A stretch of DNA of 64,000 nt, taken from the NCBI GenBank assembly GCA_965208105.1, contig OZ242318.1, positions 3,520,001-3,584,000 of the forward strand, given 5' to 3'. Of this stretch, positions 29,503 to 39,740 are shown piece after piece. A program made the translations under genes and the position numbers. Each line of letters starts with the position of its first letter. The stretch's first letter is position 1. The notes below the pieces were generated by a model. That model was not told the origin of the DNA and ran no database searches. It saw only the letters and a program-made list of their open reading frames with translations. Source of the DNA: Candidatus Latescibacterota bacterium (GTDB taxonomy: Bacteria > Latescibacterota > UBA2968 > UBA8231).

Positions 29503-30627
29503 TCAATAGTAGTAGGTGAAGTGGAGGTCCACCCGGTTGGCGGTGCCGGCATCCAGGCCCTTGTACTCGGTCTTCCAGTTGATATACTCGAGCCCGGCCT
29601 GAAATTTCTTCCACGGCCGGTAGTGTCCAACCAGGTACAGGGCCTGGTTCCTCGTGCGTCCTCCCTCGGGCACGTCGTCCCCGTCGGGGGCGTCGATCAT
29701 CGCCCCGGCGAACAGCTTCCACCCGTCGGCGGGTCTGACCGCGAGGTGGGCCCAACCGCCGCTGGAGGAGATCTCCTCGCCGGTCTCCAGGTTGATTCCC
29801 TGGCCGATGCCGCCGCGTATATCGCTGAGGTTGCTGCCGCTCCATCCTTCTCCTTCGATGGTCAACCGGGAGCCCAGGGAAACCGAGGCGTCCACGCCCA
29901 CCACGGAGGAGGTGAAGCTCGAGTCACCACCCACCGGGGAGGCCGTCTCCTCCGCCCCACGGTGGAGCCAGGCTCCGGCCTTGATCTTTTTCAGGGCAAG
30001 TCCCACCCGCGCCTGCACGAAGGGCTGCATGGCGTCGGAGCCGTCAAGGACGCCGTTGCCGTCCAGGTCCTTGCGGTCCACCGCCCCGGTCTGGCCGAGA
30101 GCCAGCGCCGCGTTGAGATGGCCGCCGGCGGGTTTGTAGGTCAGGCGGGCCTGGGGATGGCGGTCCCCCAGGTTGCCCGTGTTCCACATCAGGCCGTCTA
30201 TGTTGGCCGCCGGGTAGAGCGGCGAGATCAGGTCCCAGGTCTGGCCGGCGAGAAAGTGGAAGGCGCCCATGCGCAGGTTGAAATAGGCGTGGCGGATGCG
30301 CAGGATCTGCCGCGACTCGCTGCCCCCGTTCTGGAAGTCGGTTTCGATGACCCCGTGCAGGCTGCGGTCGCTTCCCAGGTCGACGGGCTTGAATTTCACC
30401 CCCATCCGGGTGAGTCGCGGATGCATCCCGAAATGGCCGTCGTTCTCCTTTCCCTTCGAGGGGTCCTCGGAGAGCACCCAGTTGGGAAACTGATGGTGCG
30501 ACAGCCTGGAGTCGTCGAGAATGGCGTCGAAGCGGATGAAGCCGTAGAACCGGGTCTCGCCGGAGGCGGCCGTGCCCGCGCTCAAGAGGACAAGCAGCAG
30601 AGCGAAAGGAAGCCGTTTGGTTTGCAT
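29503..30627 (-). CDS. Outer-membrane porin (DcaP-like)
   Basis: Signal peptide; FYGFIRFD, IETDF, RIRHAY, AGQTWD; aromatic C-terminus. Confidence 0.8.
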   Translation of the reverse strand: MQTKRLPFALLLVLLSAGTAASGETRFYGFIRFDAILDDSRLSHHQFPNWVLSEDPSKGKENDGHFGMHPRLTRMGVKFKPVDLGSDRSLHGVIETDFQNGGSESRQILRIRHAYFNLRMGAFHFLAGQTWDLISPLYPAANIDGLMWNTGNLGDRHPQARLTYKPAGGHLNAALALGQTGAVDRKDLDGNGVLDGSDAMQPFVQARVGLALKKIKAGAWLHRGAEETASPVGGDSSFTSSVVGVDASVSLGSRLTIEGEGWSGSNLSDIRGGIGQGINLETGEEISSSGGWAHLAVRPADGWKLFAGAMIDAPDGDDVPEGGRTRNQALYLVGHYRPWKKFQAGLEYINWKTEYKGLDAGTANRVDLHFTYYY

Positions 30628-30953
30628 TTCTTTTTTTCCTGTGATTTAACTCGAGATCGGTGCCGCGCAGGTGCAACCCTCGAGTTTCCTGGCGCGCTTC
30701 CCGAGGGTGGCCGGGGGCCGACTGCGGCGGCGCGGCGCCGGGAACGAGGGAGAGTTGGGAGTATATGGCGCACACCCCTGACTGTCAAGACGGACGGGGG
30801 GAGAGAATCATGGGCGGGAAGCATGGCCGGGGAGGGGGCGGAATGAGCTGATCGCGCTCTTGCGGCGATGGGACAGGCGCTTAAATTGCACCGGGCTGGA
30901 CCGGCGGTCCCGGCCGGGATTCGTTCGTCCGGGAAGAGAGGAGCAGGGCAGCA

Positions 30954-32531
30954 ATGGAATCCAATGGCTACGATCACATAATCGTCGGCTCGGGGGCCGG
31001 CGGCGGGGTGCTGGCCGCCCGCCTCAGCGAAGACCCGGTCCGCTCGGTGTTGCTGCTGGAGGCGGGACCGGACTTCGCCCACCGCGACCAGCTTCCCGAA
31101 GAGATCAAGTACGCCTATGGCCGCGACCAGAACATCTGGGCCCGCGCCTTCGGCTACTCGACCCGGTACGGCTGGGACTTCCGCGCCCGCGGCACCGACC
31201 TCGCCCCCGAAATTTTCATTCCCAGGGGCAGGATCATCGGTGGGTCCACCTCGGTCAATGCCCAGATATTCCTGCGCGGGGTTCCCGAGGACTTCGACGC
31301 CTGGGCGGCGGCAGGCAACGATCAGTGGAGCTTCGAGCGCCTGCTTCCCTACTTCTGCAAGATCGAGACCGACCTCGACTACGGCCATGCCCCCTACCAC
31401 GGCAGCGACGGCCCCATTCGCGCCCGCCGCTTCAAGCCGCACGAGTGGCTCCCCGAGCAGAGCGCCTTCTACCACGCCGCCCGCGCCGCCGGCTATCCCG
31501 ACTGCCCCGACCACAACGAGCCCTCCTCCACCGGGGTCGGCCACCTTGCCCTCAACAATCCCGACGGCATTCGCTGGAGCACCGCCATCGGCTACCTGGA
31601 ACCGGCGCGGCGGCGGCCCAACCTGAAGATCGAGGGGGACTGCCTGGTCCGCCGGGTGCTCTTCTCCGGCCGGCGCGCCACCGGGGTGGAGCTGGAGCAG
31701 GGGGGTGAGACCCGCCAAATCGACGGTGCCGAGATCATCCTCAGCGGCGGTTCCATCGGCTCGCCCCACATCCTGCTGCACTCGGGGGTGGGCCCGGCGG
31801 CCCACCTCGAGGATATGGGGATCCCGGTGGTCCACGACCTTCCGGGCGTGGGGCGGAACCTGCGCGACCATGGCCAGGTGCCGGTGACCCTGAAGACCCG
31901 GGAAGGGGTGCATCTCAGCGGTCTCGACCCCCGGCTGCAGGTCGGCCTGCGCTACACCGCCGCCGGTTCGGACCTGCGCAACGACATGTTCATCCTTCCC
32001 CTTTCATGCGCCAGCGAAGAGGGACAGATGGTCGTCTCTTCCTCCAGGCCCTTCGGCTTCTACGTGCTGAGCTGCATCTACCTGGCCGCCGGCGCCGGCA
32101 GCCTCGAGCTGGCCTCCAAAGATCCACGGGTGCAGCCGCGGCTCGACTACAACTACCTGGCCGAAAGCTTCGACCGCGAGCGCCTGCGCGAAGCCGTGCG
32201 CATCACCCTGGACCTGCTCGAGCACCCGGCCTTCAAGGAGATCGTCGCGGAGCGCATCGGCCCCACAGATGCCGAGCTGGGATCGGACGACGCCATGGAC
32301 GCCTGGATGGCCCGCGTCATAGCAACCAGCCACCACGTCTCCTCCACCTGCAAGATGGGGCCCGCATCCGACGCCATGGCGGTGGTGGACCAGCGCGCCC
32401 AGGTCCACGGATTGGAAAATCTGCGCGTGGCGGACGCCTCCATCATGCCCGACTGCGTGCGCGCCAACACCAATGCCTCCACCATGGTGATCGGGGAGCG
32501 CGTGGCCGATTTCATCCGCCAGGGACGTTAG
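30954..32531 (+). CDS. GMC family oxidoreductase (choline-dehydrogenase-like)
   Basis: IIVGSGAGG, GGSTSVN, GVG.NL.DH, H..STCKMG, DASIMP, NTN. Confidence 0.95.
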   Translation: MESNGYDHIIVGSGAGGGVLAARLSEDPVRSVLLLEAGPDFAHRDQLPEEIKYAYGRDQNIWARAFGYSTRYGWDFRARGTDLAPEIFIPRGRIIGGSTSVNAQIFLRGVPEDFDAWAAAGNDQWSFERLLPYFCKIETDLDYGHAPYHGSDGPIRARRFKPHEWLPEQSAFYHAARAAGYPDCPDHNEPSSTGVGHLALNNPDGIRWSTAIGYLEPARRRPNLKIEGDCLVRRVLFSGRRATGVELEQGGETRQIDGAEIILSGGSIGSPHILLHSGVGPAAHLEDMGIPVVHDLPGVGRNLRDHGQVPVTLKTREGVHLSGLDPRLQVGLRYTAAGSDLRNDMFILPLSCASEEGQMVVSSSRPFGFYVLSCIYLAAGAGSLELASKDPRVQPRLDYNYLAESFDRERLREAVRITLDLLEHPAFKEIVAERIGPTDAELGSDDAMDAWMARVIATSHHVSSTCKMGPASDAMAVVDQRAQVHGLENLRVADASIMPDCVRANTNASTMVIGERVADFIRQGR

Positions 32532-32581
32532 TGGGTCGAGTCCGCGCCGGGGCGGATTCCCGGTCCGGCAGCGGGAATGGG

Positions 32582-33586
32582 ATGAGCATGGAGAGACGCA
32601 GGATGGGCAGCACCGATCTGATGTGCTCGCCGGTGGGTTTCGGCACCTGGGAGATGAGCACCACCATGTACGGGGAGATCGACGTGGATGCCGCCGGCCG
32701 CGCCGTGAACGCGGCCATCGACCGCGGCATCAACCTCTTCGATACGGCGGAGGTCTACGGTCCCTACCACTCCGAGAGACTGCTGGCCGGGGCGCTGGGG
32801 GACCGGCGCGGCGAGGTGATCCTGGTGGACAAGGTGGGCTTCGAGTACGACGCCGAGGGCGGGATCCTCGGAACGAACTCCAGCTACGGTTCGGTGATCG
32901 AGCACAGCGAAGGGTGCCTGCGCCGCATGGGGACGGACGTCATCGACCTCATGCTCATCCACTGGCGCGACCACCATACTCCCCTCGATGAAACCATGCG
33001 CGCCCTCGAGCAGCTCAGGAGCGACGGCAAGATCCGCTACTACGGGGTCTCCAACTTCGACGTGGCCATGATGGAGACCTGCCGCCGGCACGGTGCGCCG
33101 GCGGCTAACCAGGTCGGCTACCACCTATTCGACCGGCGCATGGAGGCGGAGGTCCTGCCCTATTGCAGCGGGCACGGCATCGGCTTCATGGCCTACGGCA
33201 CCCTCGCCTTCGGCCTGCTCACCGGCGCCTTCACCCCAAAGACCACCTTTCCCGCCGACGATTGGCGCAGCTACATGCCCGCATTCGGCCTGCCCCTCTT
33301 CGAGCGCGGCCACTTTCTCAAAGAGCTGCGGGTCGGCAGGCGCCTCGCCGAGCTGGCCGCCGGCCACGGCAAGACCCTGCCGCAGCTGGCCATCGCCTGG
33401 GTGCTGGGAAACCCTGCGGTCTCGGTGGCCCTGGTGGGTATGCGCGACGAAAGCGAGCTGGAGGAGAACGCGGCCGCCACCGACTGGAGCCTCTCGGAGG
33501 AGGACCGCGCCCGCATCGACCGCATATTCGCCGAGGAGGGCGTGCCCACCAACGTCGGCGCGCCCCAGCTGCTCCACGCTCCGTAG
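32582..33586 (+). CDS. Aldo/keto reductase
   Basis: GFGTW, FDTAEVYG, DL..IHW, GVSNF, QLAIAW. Confidence 0.93.
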   Translation: MSMERRRMGSTDLMCSPVGFGTWEMSTTMYGEIDVDAAGRAVNAAIDRGINLFDTAEVYGPYHSERLLAGALGDRRGEVILVDKVGFEYDAEGGILGTNSSYGSVIEHSEGCLRRMGTDVIDLMLIHWRDHHTPLDETMRALEQLRSDGKIRYYGVSNFDVAMMETCRRHGAPAANQVGYHLFDRRMEAEVLPYCSGHGIGFMAYGTLAFGLLTGAFTPKTTFPADDWRSYMPAFGLPLFERGHFLKELRVGRRLAELAAGHGKTLPQLAIAWVLGNPAVSVALVGMRDESELEENAAATDWSLSEEDRARIDRIFAEEGVPTNVGAPQLLHAP

Positions 33587-33780
33587 AATCTGAAAGGGCA
33601 ATTCCGGCTGATCCATCGGTGGCGCCCCCGCGCCGGATTTGATGGCGCGGGAAGGAGGAATTGCCCGCTGAAGGCGCACTCACCGCATCGCGCCCTGATT
33701 CCTCGAGGGGAGGTAGGCAGGGGAGGGTGCGGCCAGGATCCATTGCCCGCGGGGCGCAGCCGCCGCGGAGGAAGGCTGAT

Positions 33781-34824
33781 ATGAAAGAGATTCGCGCCGC
33801 GCGCTGGACCCCGGCGCGCGAGCTGGAGATCGACGCATGCCGCCTGGCCGATCCCGGCCCCGGCCAGGCGCAGGTGGAGGTCCAGAGCGCCGGGATCTGC
33901 GGCTCCGACCTGCACTTCTTCCGCGGCGACTTCGCTCCTCGCGACGGCATCGTGCCCGGGCACGAGTTCGGCGGGGTGGTCAGCGCCCTGGGAAAGGGAG
34001 TGAATCACGTGCGTGAAGGAGATGTGGTGGGGGTCGAGCCGATTCTGCGCTGCGGCAAGTGCTCCAACTGCCGCAGCGGCCGCTACCACGTCTGCGCCTC
34101 GCGCCGGCTCATCGGGGAAGATGCCGACGGCGGCATGTCCGAGCTGGCCAACGTGCCGGGCGATACGGTATTTGCCGCCCCGGCGGGGATCGACGCGGAG
34201 CTGGCCGCCCTGGCCGAGCCCCTCGCCTGCTCGGTCCACGGCTTCGCCCGGGCGCGGCTGCGCGCCGGAGAGACGGTGCTGGTCATCGGCGCCGGGTCCA
34301 TAGGCCTCACCGCGCTCCTGGCGGCAAAGGCCGCCGGCGCCCGCACCCTGGTCCTCGCCCGCCACCCGCAGCAAAGGGAGGCCGCACAGATCCTGGGAGC
34401 GGACGAGGTCCTGGGTGAAGACGAGGGCGGCCGGGAACGGCTCGCCGCGCTCTCCGGGCAGGATGCGATCGACGTCTGCGTCGAGTCCGTCGGCGGCCAC
34501 GCCGACACCATCCTCCAGGCCCAGCGCGCCGTGCGCCGCCAGGGCCGGGTGCTGGTCCTCGGCAGCTTCGCCGTGCCCACCGCGAGGCTGGACCCGGGAC
34601 ACCTGGTCGAAAGGGAGATCGAGATGATCGGCTCGGTGGCCTACGGCGCTCCGGGGGACCGCGCCGAGTACGCCATGGCCCTGGAGCTGCTGGCCGACTG
34701 CGCCGACCGGGCGCGCTCCCTCGTGACCCACCGCTTCGGCCTGGAGCAGGCCAACGAGGCGTTCGCCGCCGCCCTGGACAAGTCGAGCCGGTCGATCAAG
34801 GTCCATCTCAATCCGAGCGCCTGA
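33781..34824 (+). CDS. Zinc-binding alcohol dehydrogenase
   Basis: GICGSD, GHE, CxxCxxC...C, GAGSIG. Confidence 0.93.
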   Translation: MKEIRAARWTPARELEIDACRLADPGPGQAQVEVQSAGICGSDLHFFRGDFAPRDGIVPGHEFGGVVSALGKGVNHVREGDVVGVEPILRCGKCSNCRSGRYHVCASRRLIGEDADGGMSELANVPGDTVFAAPAGIDAELAALAEPLACSVHGFARARLRAGETVLVIGAGSIGLTALLAAKAAGARTLVLARHPQQREAAQILGADEVLGEDEGGRERLAALSGQDAIDVCVESVGGHADTILQAQRAVRRQGRVLVLGSFAVPTARLDPGHLVEREIEMIGSVAYGAPGDRAEYAMALELLADCADRARSLVTHRFGLEQANEAFAAALDKSSRSIKVHLNPSA

Positions 34825-34847
34825 ACAAGGATATGTGAGCTGCCGGG

Positions 34848-35040
34848 CGCGCAGGCATTCCCTCGCTGATTCGCGAATCGAACACCTTCTCCGGCACGCC
34901 TACCACCCTGGACCTCTACCGCCGCAATGGATTGCTGCAGGGTGGGTCGATCCGCGAACGGTTCGCGGAGGGGCACCACGGGATCAGCGGATTCCTCGAG
35001 GGCCTGGCGGCGGCGGACATGAGCGGTTTCGAGTGCCGCC
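34848..35040 (+). pseudogene. N-terminal fragment of a second MlrC/M81 peptidase
   Basis: RAGIPSLIRESNTFSGTPTTLDLYRR...HHGISGFLEGL resembles MlrC N-termini (ESNTF motif); no in-frame start and the rest of the gene is absent. Confidence 0.6.
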
Positions 35041-35123
35041 ACGGGCGCCGGCCGCTCTACCCGGTGGAAGGGATCGCATGAGGATTGCCGGGGAAGGGGG
35101 TGCGGAGACGGGAGGACCGGGCC

Positions 35124-35957
35124 TCACTCCTGCAGGATGCCGCGCACGATGCGCGCGTTCATTCCCACCTGGTCGGCGTGTTTTTGATACATGCCCACGT
35201 TCACCACGTCGTTGTCCTTGATGTGGTCGAAGGCGTACCGGAACGCCCCTCTGACTTCCTCCTCCGAACCGCACTTGCGCGAGGCGGCGAGGATTTTGTA
35301 GGCGATGCAGGGCTTCTCGGTCTCGCGCGCAAAGCGGGTGGCGATGTCGCGGTCGCAGTCGTCGAAGGGTTCCTCGACCATCCTCCCTCCCGCCAGCATG
35401 CTGCTGCGGTCGATCTTGGCGATGTTGTAGAAGCAGACCATGTAGAAGTCCACGTCCCAGCCCTCGTCCTCGACGTAGCGCAGGACCTCGGGCATGTGGC
35501 AGGCGATGCCAACCATCACTCCCTCGTCGCGCATGGCCTTCAGGTAGTCACGCGCCTGGTCGATCTTCCCCTCCTTCCACATGCGGTCAGTCATCGAGCC
35601 GTGCCAGTAGATGCCGATGGCGCCGCGGGCGGCCATATCCCGGATGTTCTCGAAGAGGTCCGGCTTCTCGCTGGCCGTCTGTGCGATCCAGTGCATGGCG
35701 CCTCCGGCCTTGCGGTAGGCGTCGACCATGGCAAAGACGATATCGTCGCCGCGCGACTGCATGCAGTTGATGCCGCACTCCTCGGCGCGCAGGAGGGTCC
35801 GCACCACGCGCTCGACCGTGTGGTAGGTCTTCATCTCTTCGTTGAGCTCGGGGCTGAGGTGGGAGTATCCGCGGAAGGGGTTGCCGCCGATGAGCAGGCG
35901 GGACAGCCGGGTGCCGCAGAAGTCGACGGTGGGAAGGAGGGCGGCGGCGGTGGTCAT
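35124..35957 (-). CDS. Aldo/keto-reductase-like TIM-barrel protein
   Basis: LSRLLIGGNPF.G.SH, KPCIAYKILAA. Confidence 0.75.
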   Translation of the reverse strand: MTTAAALLPTVDFCGTRLSRLLIGGNPFRGYSHLSPELNEEMKTYHTVERVVRTLLRAEECGINCMQSRGDDIVFAMVDAYRKAGGAMHWIAQTASEKPDLFENIRDMAARGAIGIYWHGSMTDRMWKEGKIDQARDYLKAMRDEGVMVGIACHMPEVLRYVEDEGWDVDFYMVCFYNIAKIDRSSMLAGGRMVEEPFDDCDRDIATRFARETEKPCIAYKILAASRKCGSEEEVRGAFRYAFDHIKDNDVVNVGMYQKHADQVGMNARIVRGILQE

Positions 35958-36157
35958 CAGCTAATGGATCTCCCGGATGATTGCTGCGGCTGGGCGGCGG
36001 TTTTTGCGGACGGTTGAGTGACGGGTGCGGTAGTTGACCGCAAGGGGGGAGATGCGATTATTGATCGTGCCTAATCTAATTTCGCGCAGGGTCTCAATCA
36101 AGAGAGCCGGCGCCCTGGGAGGGTGGCGTGGAACGATGAGCGTGGGGAGGAATCTGC

Positions 36158-36643
36158 ATGGGTAGGGTCTTGCTTGCAGCCATTGTCGGAATGGTGCTCG
36201 GCATAGGCGGTTTCACCTTCTATTACGGAGAGGGCCATTCCTATTTCAGCGAGAACCCCGAGGCGTGCATGAACTGCCACATCATGAAACCCCAATTCGA
36301 TTCCTGGCGGAAGTCGAGCCATCACACCCTGGCCACCTGCGTCGACTGCCACCTGCCCGCAGACGGTCCGGGCAAGTACCTGGCCAAGGCGGAAAATGGG
36401 TTCAACCACTCCCGGGCATTCACCATGCAGGACTTCCGCGAACCGATTTCGATCACGGGAAAGAACAGCCGCATCCTCCAGGAGAGATGCATCGCGTGTC
36501 ACCGGGCCCTGGTCCATGAGCTGGTTTACGTCGGCGGGACCGGCGCGGGACCGGTGAGTTGCGTCCACTGCCACCGCGGCGCCGGACATGGTGAGCGTGT
36601 TGGCCTCGGTGGACCCGGTCGCTTCAAGGAGGGGGAACGGTGA
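36158..36643 (+). CDS. nrfH: Cytochrome c nitrite reductase small subunit
   Basis: N-terminal TM; four CXXCH (CMNCH, CVDCH, CIACH, CVHCH); precedes nrfA. Confidence 0.93.
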   Translation: MGRVLLAAIVGMVLGIGGFTFYYGEGHSYFSENPEACMNCHIMKPQFDSWRKSSHHTLATCVDCHLPADGPGKYLAKAENGFNHSRAFTMQDFREPISITGKNSRILQERCIACHRALVHELVYVGGTGAGPVSCVHCHRGAGHGERVGLGGPGRFKEGER

Positions 36644-36646
36644 ACC

Positions 36647-38101
36647 ATGAATCTGAGACCGTCCGGATTGGGGACTAAGGCTGTACTCCTGATTGTCGCG
36701 GGTGTTGCGCTGGTTGCCGGGGCTTCGATCACGGCGCTTCTGGTCAACATCGTCGAGCGCAAGACCGAGGCCAGGAGCCCCTACCTGCTCCTGGTGGAGG
36801 TGGGCGAGGACGACACCGATCCTGCCAGATGGGGGACGAACTGGCCGCGCCAGTACGACTCCTACAGGCGCACCGCACGCGCGACCCGCACCCGCTTCGG
36901 GGGCCACGGAGGCAGTGAGGCCCTTCCCGAGCAGAAGATCGAACGCGACCCCTGGCTGCGGCGTATGTTCCAGGGATACGCCTTCTCCCTCGACTATCGC
37001 GACCGGCGGGGCCACGCCTACATGCTCGAGGACCAGGAGATTTCCGGGCGCCAGTCCAAGCCCCAGTCCGGCTCCTGCCTGCACTGCCATGCTTCCGTCA
37101 TGCCCCTCTACCGGAAGCTCGGAGAAGGCGATTCGATGAAAGGCTTCGAGAAAAGCCATGCTTACTCCTACCAGGATCTGAACCGGATGCTGCACGAGGA
37201 GGGGCACGCCCACCCGGTATCCTGCGTCGATTGCCACGATCCAGGCAACATGGGGCTGCGCGTCGTGCGCCCCGGTTTCATTCAGGGCATCCGCATGCTG
37301 GCGGACTCGGATGCTCCGGTTCCGCATCTGCCGTCGGTCGAACAGTGGCGCTTGGATGGCAAGACCCGGACCTACGACCCCAATGCCGAGGCAAGCCGCA
37401 CCGAGATGCGTTCGTTCGTCTGCGCCCAGTGCCACGTCGAGTATTATTGCGGCAGCGAAATGAAGCTGACCTTTCCCTGGGGTGAGGGGCTGAGGGTGGA
37501 GGATACCGAGAAGTTCTGGGACGAGACGAGCTTCGCCGGCGGAGAACGGTTTTTCGACTACGTGCACACCGAGACCGGGGCGCGCGTCCTCAAGGCGCAG
37601 CACCCCGAGTTCGAGCTCTGGAGCCAGGGCATTCACGCGCGCAGCGGCGTCTCCTGCGCCGACTGCCACATGCCCTATATGCGCGATGGGGCCAGCAAGA
37701 TCTCAGACCACTGGGTGAGGAGCCCCCTGCTCAATATCAATCGCGCCTGTCAGACCTGCCACCATTTCTCAGAGGAAGAAATTCAGCAGCGCGTCACCGC
37801 GATTCAGCAGCGCAACTTCGATCTCCTGCAGCGCTCCGCGGCGGCGCTCATGGACCAGTTCGACGCCATCGCCCGGGCGAGGGAAGAAGGCGCCACGGTG
37901 AAGGAGCTGAAGCAGGCGCTGGAATTGCAGCGCAAGGCGCAGTGGAGGCTGGACTTCGTTGCGGCGGAGAATTCGATGGGGTTCCATGCTCCCCAGGAAG
38001 CGGCGCGGATTCTTGCCGAGGCCGCCGACTTCGCGCGCCAGGGCCAAATCGCGGCCATGAGCTGGAAGACCGCGCAGAAGGAGAACCCCGGCCGCCGCTG
38101 A
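36647..38101 (+). CDS. nrfA: Ammonia-forming cytochrome c nitrite reductase (all-CXXCH variant)
   Basis: [52 protein letters not shown]. Confidence 0.93.
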   Translation: MNLRPSGLGTKAVLLIVAGVALVAGASITALLVNIVERKTEARSPYLLLVEVGEDDTDPARWGTNWPRQYDSYRRTARATRTRFGGHGGSEALPEQKIERDPWLRRMFQGYAFSLDYRDRRGHAYMLEDQEISGRQSKPQSGSCLHCHASVMPLYRKLGEGDSMKGFEKSHAYSYQDLNRMLHEEGHAHPVSCVDCHDPGNMGLRVVRPGFIQGIRMLADSDAPVPHLPSVEQWRLDGKTRTYDPNAEASRTEMRSFVCAQCHVEYYCGSEMKLTFPWGEGLRVEDTEKFWDETSFAGGERFFDYVHTETGARVLKAQHPEFELWSQGIHARSGVSCADCHMPYMRDGASKISDHWVRSPLLNINRACQTCHHFSEEEIQQRVTAIQQRNFDLLQRSAAALMDQFDAIARAREEGATVKELKQALELQRKAQWRLDFVAAENSMGFHAPQEAARILAEAADFARQGQIAAMSWKTAQKENPGRR

Positions 38102-38176
38102 GATACTCCCCGGAGAGATTCAGGCGCTCCCCTCCGGCTCCAATTTCCTTCCGTCCTCGTCCGCGTGCGGCCGCCC

Positions 38177-39517
38177 CTAGTCCAGCCTGAAGAAGGACCC
38201 GGCAATGTGGCGCACGATCTGGACCTCCTCGATGGGCTCCTCCTGGTCCTTGGCGCAGAACCAGTAGGCCACGAAGATGCGCCCGTCCTCCAGCTCGGTC
38301 AGCACCTGGTAGCCCAGGTCCCAGCTGTAACCGTCGCCGCGCACGACGAATTCTTCGCTCCAGGTTTCGCCCAGGTCCTCGCTCACCACGCCGCAGATGC
38401 CGCGGTTGCCCAGACTGGGGGTGCGCCGCGCGAAGAGGACGATGATGCGGCCGTCCCGCGTCACCAGGGCAGAGGGGCAACGGCGTCGATTGGCTCTGAG
38501 CGCATCGTTCAGGGGGCGCTCCGGCTCGGGGTCGGCCATGTTGCCGTAGTGACTCCCCGGGCTGGTCACGAAGCGCGGCTCCGACCAGGTCATGCCGTCG
38601 TCCTCCGAGAAGGCCACGCAGGGCATTTCCGGCGGATGCTTGTGCATGCAGCACATCAGGCGTCCGTCCGGCAGCCGGTGGACGCCTGAGTAGTTGAAGC
38701 CCACGCCCTTGACCCCCGGGGCGGAGCGGGTGAGGTGGCTGCTGACCCGGGCTACCTCGCTGCAGAAGGACCAGGAGACCCCGTTGTCGTAGCTGACGTA
38801 AAAGCACTGGGCGTGGCGCCAGTAGATGGCGCCGGTGATCCCCAGAACCCCGTTGTCGAAGCGCACGTGGCCGAGGTTGACGCCGAGATATCCAGCGTCG
38901 GGGGCCCACTCGGGGCTGTCGATCAGGGTCGCGTGATTTTCCCAGGTGCGGCCGCGGTCCCTGCTGCGCAGGCAGAAGGAAGGGGCGTGCTGCCGCCGTC
39001 CCAGGTCGAAGCTGGTCTCGTCTCTGCCGACGCCCCCGATGGGGTACTTGAGGTAAGTGCCGTGGCAGAAGTGGACGATGGAGTCGGGGTCGCCCAAATC
39101 GATCTCCTCGCGCTCGCTGCGCTCCCGCGGCCGCAGCCAGTCGAGAATCTCCTCTATGGAGCGGTCGTTGTGCCAGATCCACTGGCGCTGGTCCTCGGGC
39201 CAGGTCTCGCCGTGGTCGAAGGAACGGCTGATGATGCATCCCGATTCACTGCCCCAGCGCGGGTGCTGCCCCCACATGCTGCGTGGTCCGCCGCAGTGGC
39301 GTGCCCAGTATTTGTTGGGGCCTTCTCTCATGACGCTGTAGTCCATGGGCACCGCCAGGTAGGCGACGGCGATCTCGCCGTCGCCGAAATTCCAGATGCC
39401 GCCCCGGTTGGTGGCGTAGAGGTACATGTTCTCGTCGCGGTGCACGATGGTGTGGCGGAGGTCCTCGAGCTCCACCTTGCGCACCCCGACCCTGCGTTTC
39501 GATCCCTGATCTGCCAT
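38177..39517 (-). CDS. BNR/Asp-box sialidase-like protein, paralogue of 25248..26600
   Basis: Shared blocks NRGG.WNFGDGEIA.AYLAVPMDY, REEIDLGDPDSI.HFCH, WDLGYQVLTEL; start could alternatively be 39562. Confidence 0.85.
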   Translation of the reverse strand: MADQGSKRRVGVRKVELEDLRHTIVHRDENMYLYATNRGGIWNFGDGEIAVAYLAVPMDYSVMREGPNKYWARHCGGPRSMWGQHPRWGSESGCIISRSFDHGETWPEDQRQWIWHNDRSIEEILDWLRPRERSEREEIDLGDPDSIVHFCHGTYLKYPIGGVGRDETSFDLGRRQHAPSFCLRSRDRGRTWENHATLIDSPEWAPDAGYLGVNLGHVRFDNGVLGITGAIYWRHAQCFYVSYDNGVSWSFCSEVARVSSHLTRSAPGVKGVGFNYSGVHRLPDGRLMCCMHKHPPEMPCVAFSEDDGMTWSEPRFVTSPGSHYGNMADPEPERPLNDALRANRRRCPSALVTRDGRIIVLFARRTPSLGNRGICGVVSEDLGETWSEEFVVRGDGYSWDLGYQVLTELEDGRIFVAYWFCAKDQEEPIEEVQIVRHIAGSFFRLD

Positions 39518-39740
39518 TTTGCCGTCCTCCTCCAGTCGGTTCGCCGCCTGCTGCTCGAACAATCTACTTCCAATCTACTCCGAACCCGGTCTGTGGCAAG
39601 CCGGAGGGCCCCGATTGACCAGGATGGTCCCCGCTTGGCGCCCAGGCCGTAACCGGTCCAGAGGATCCACTGTCCGGGTCCGGGGCGGGTGCCGGGTGCG
39701 GTTGACCTTCAGGACCGGATTTGCTTCGTTCACTGACTCC

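Noticed and set aside
33587-33780. Glycine-riboswitch-like string CGCTGAAGGCGCA and IR GGGCAATTCC/GGAATTGCCC
   Set aside because: The GGAGA and CTCAGG conserved elements are missing; probably a simple hairpin
36061-36074. FNR-like half site TTGAT upstream of nrfH
   Set aside because: The second half reads CCTAA rather than ATCAA
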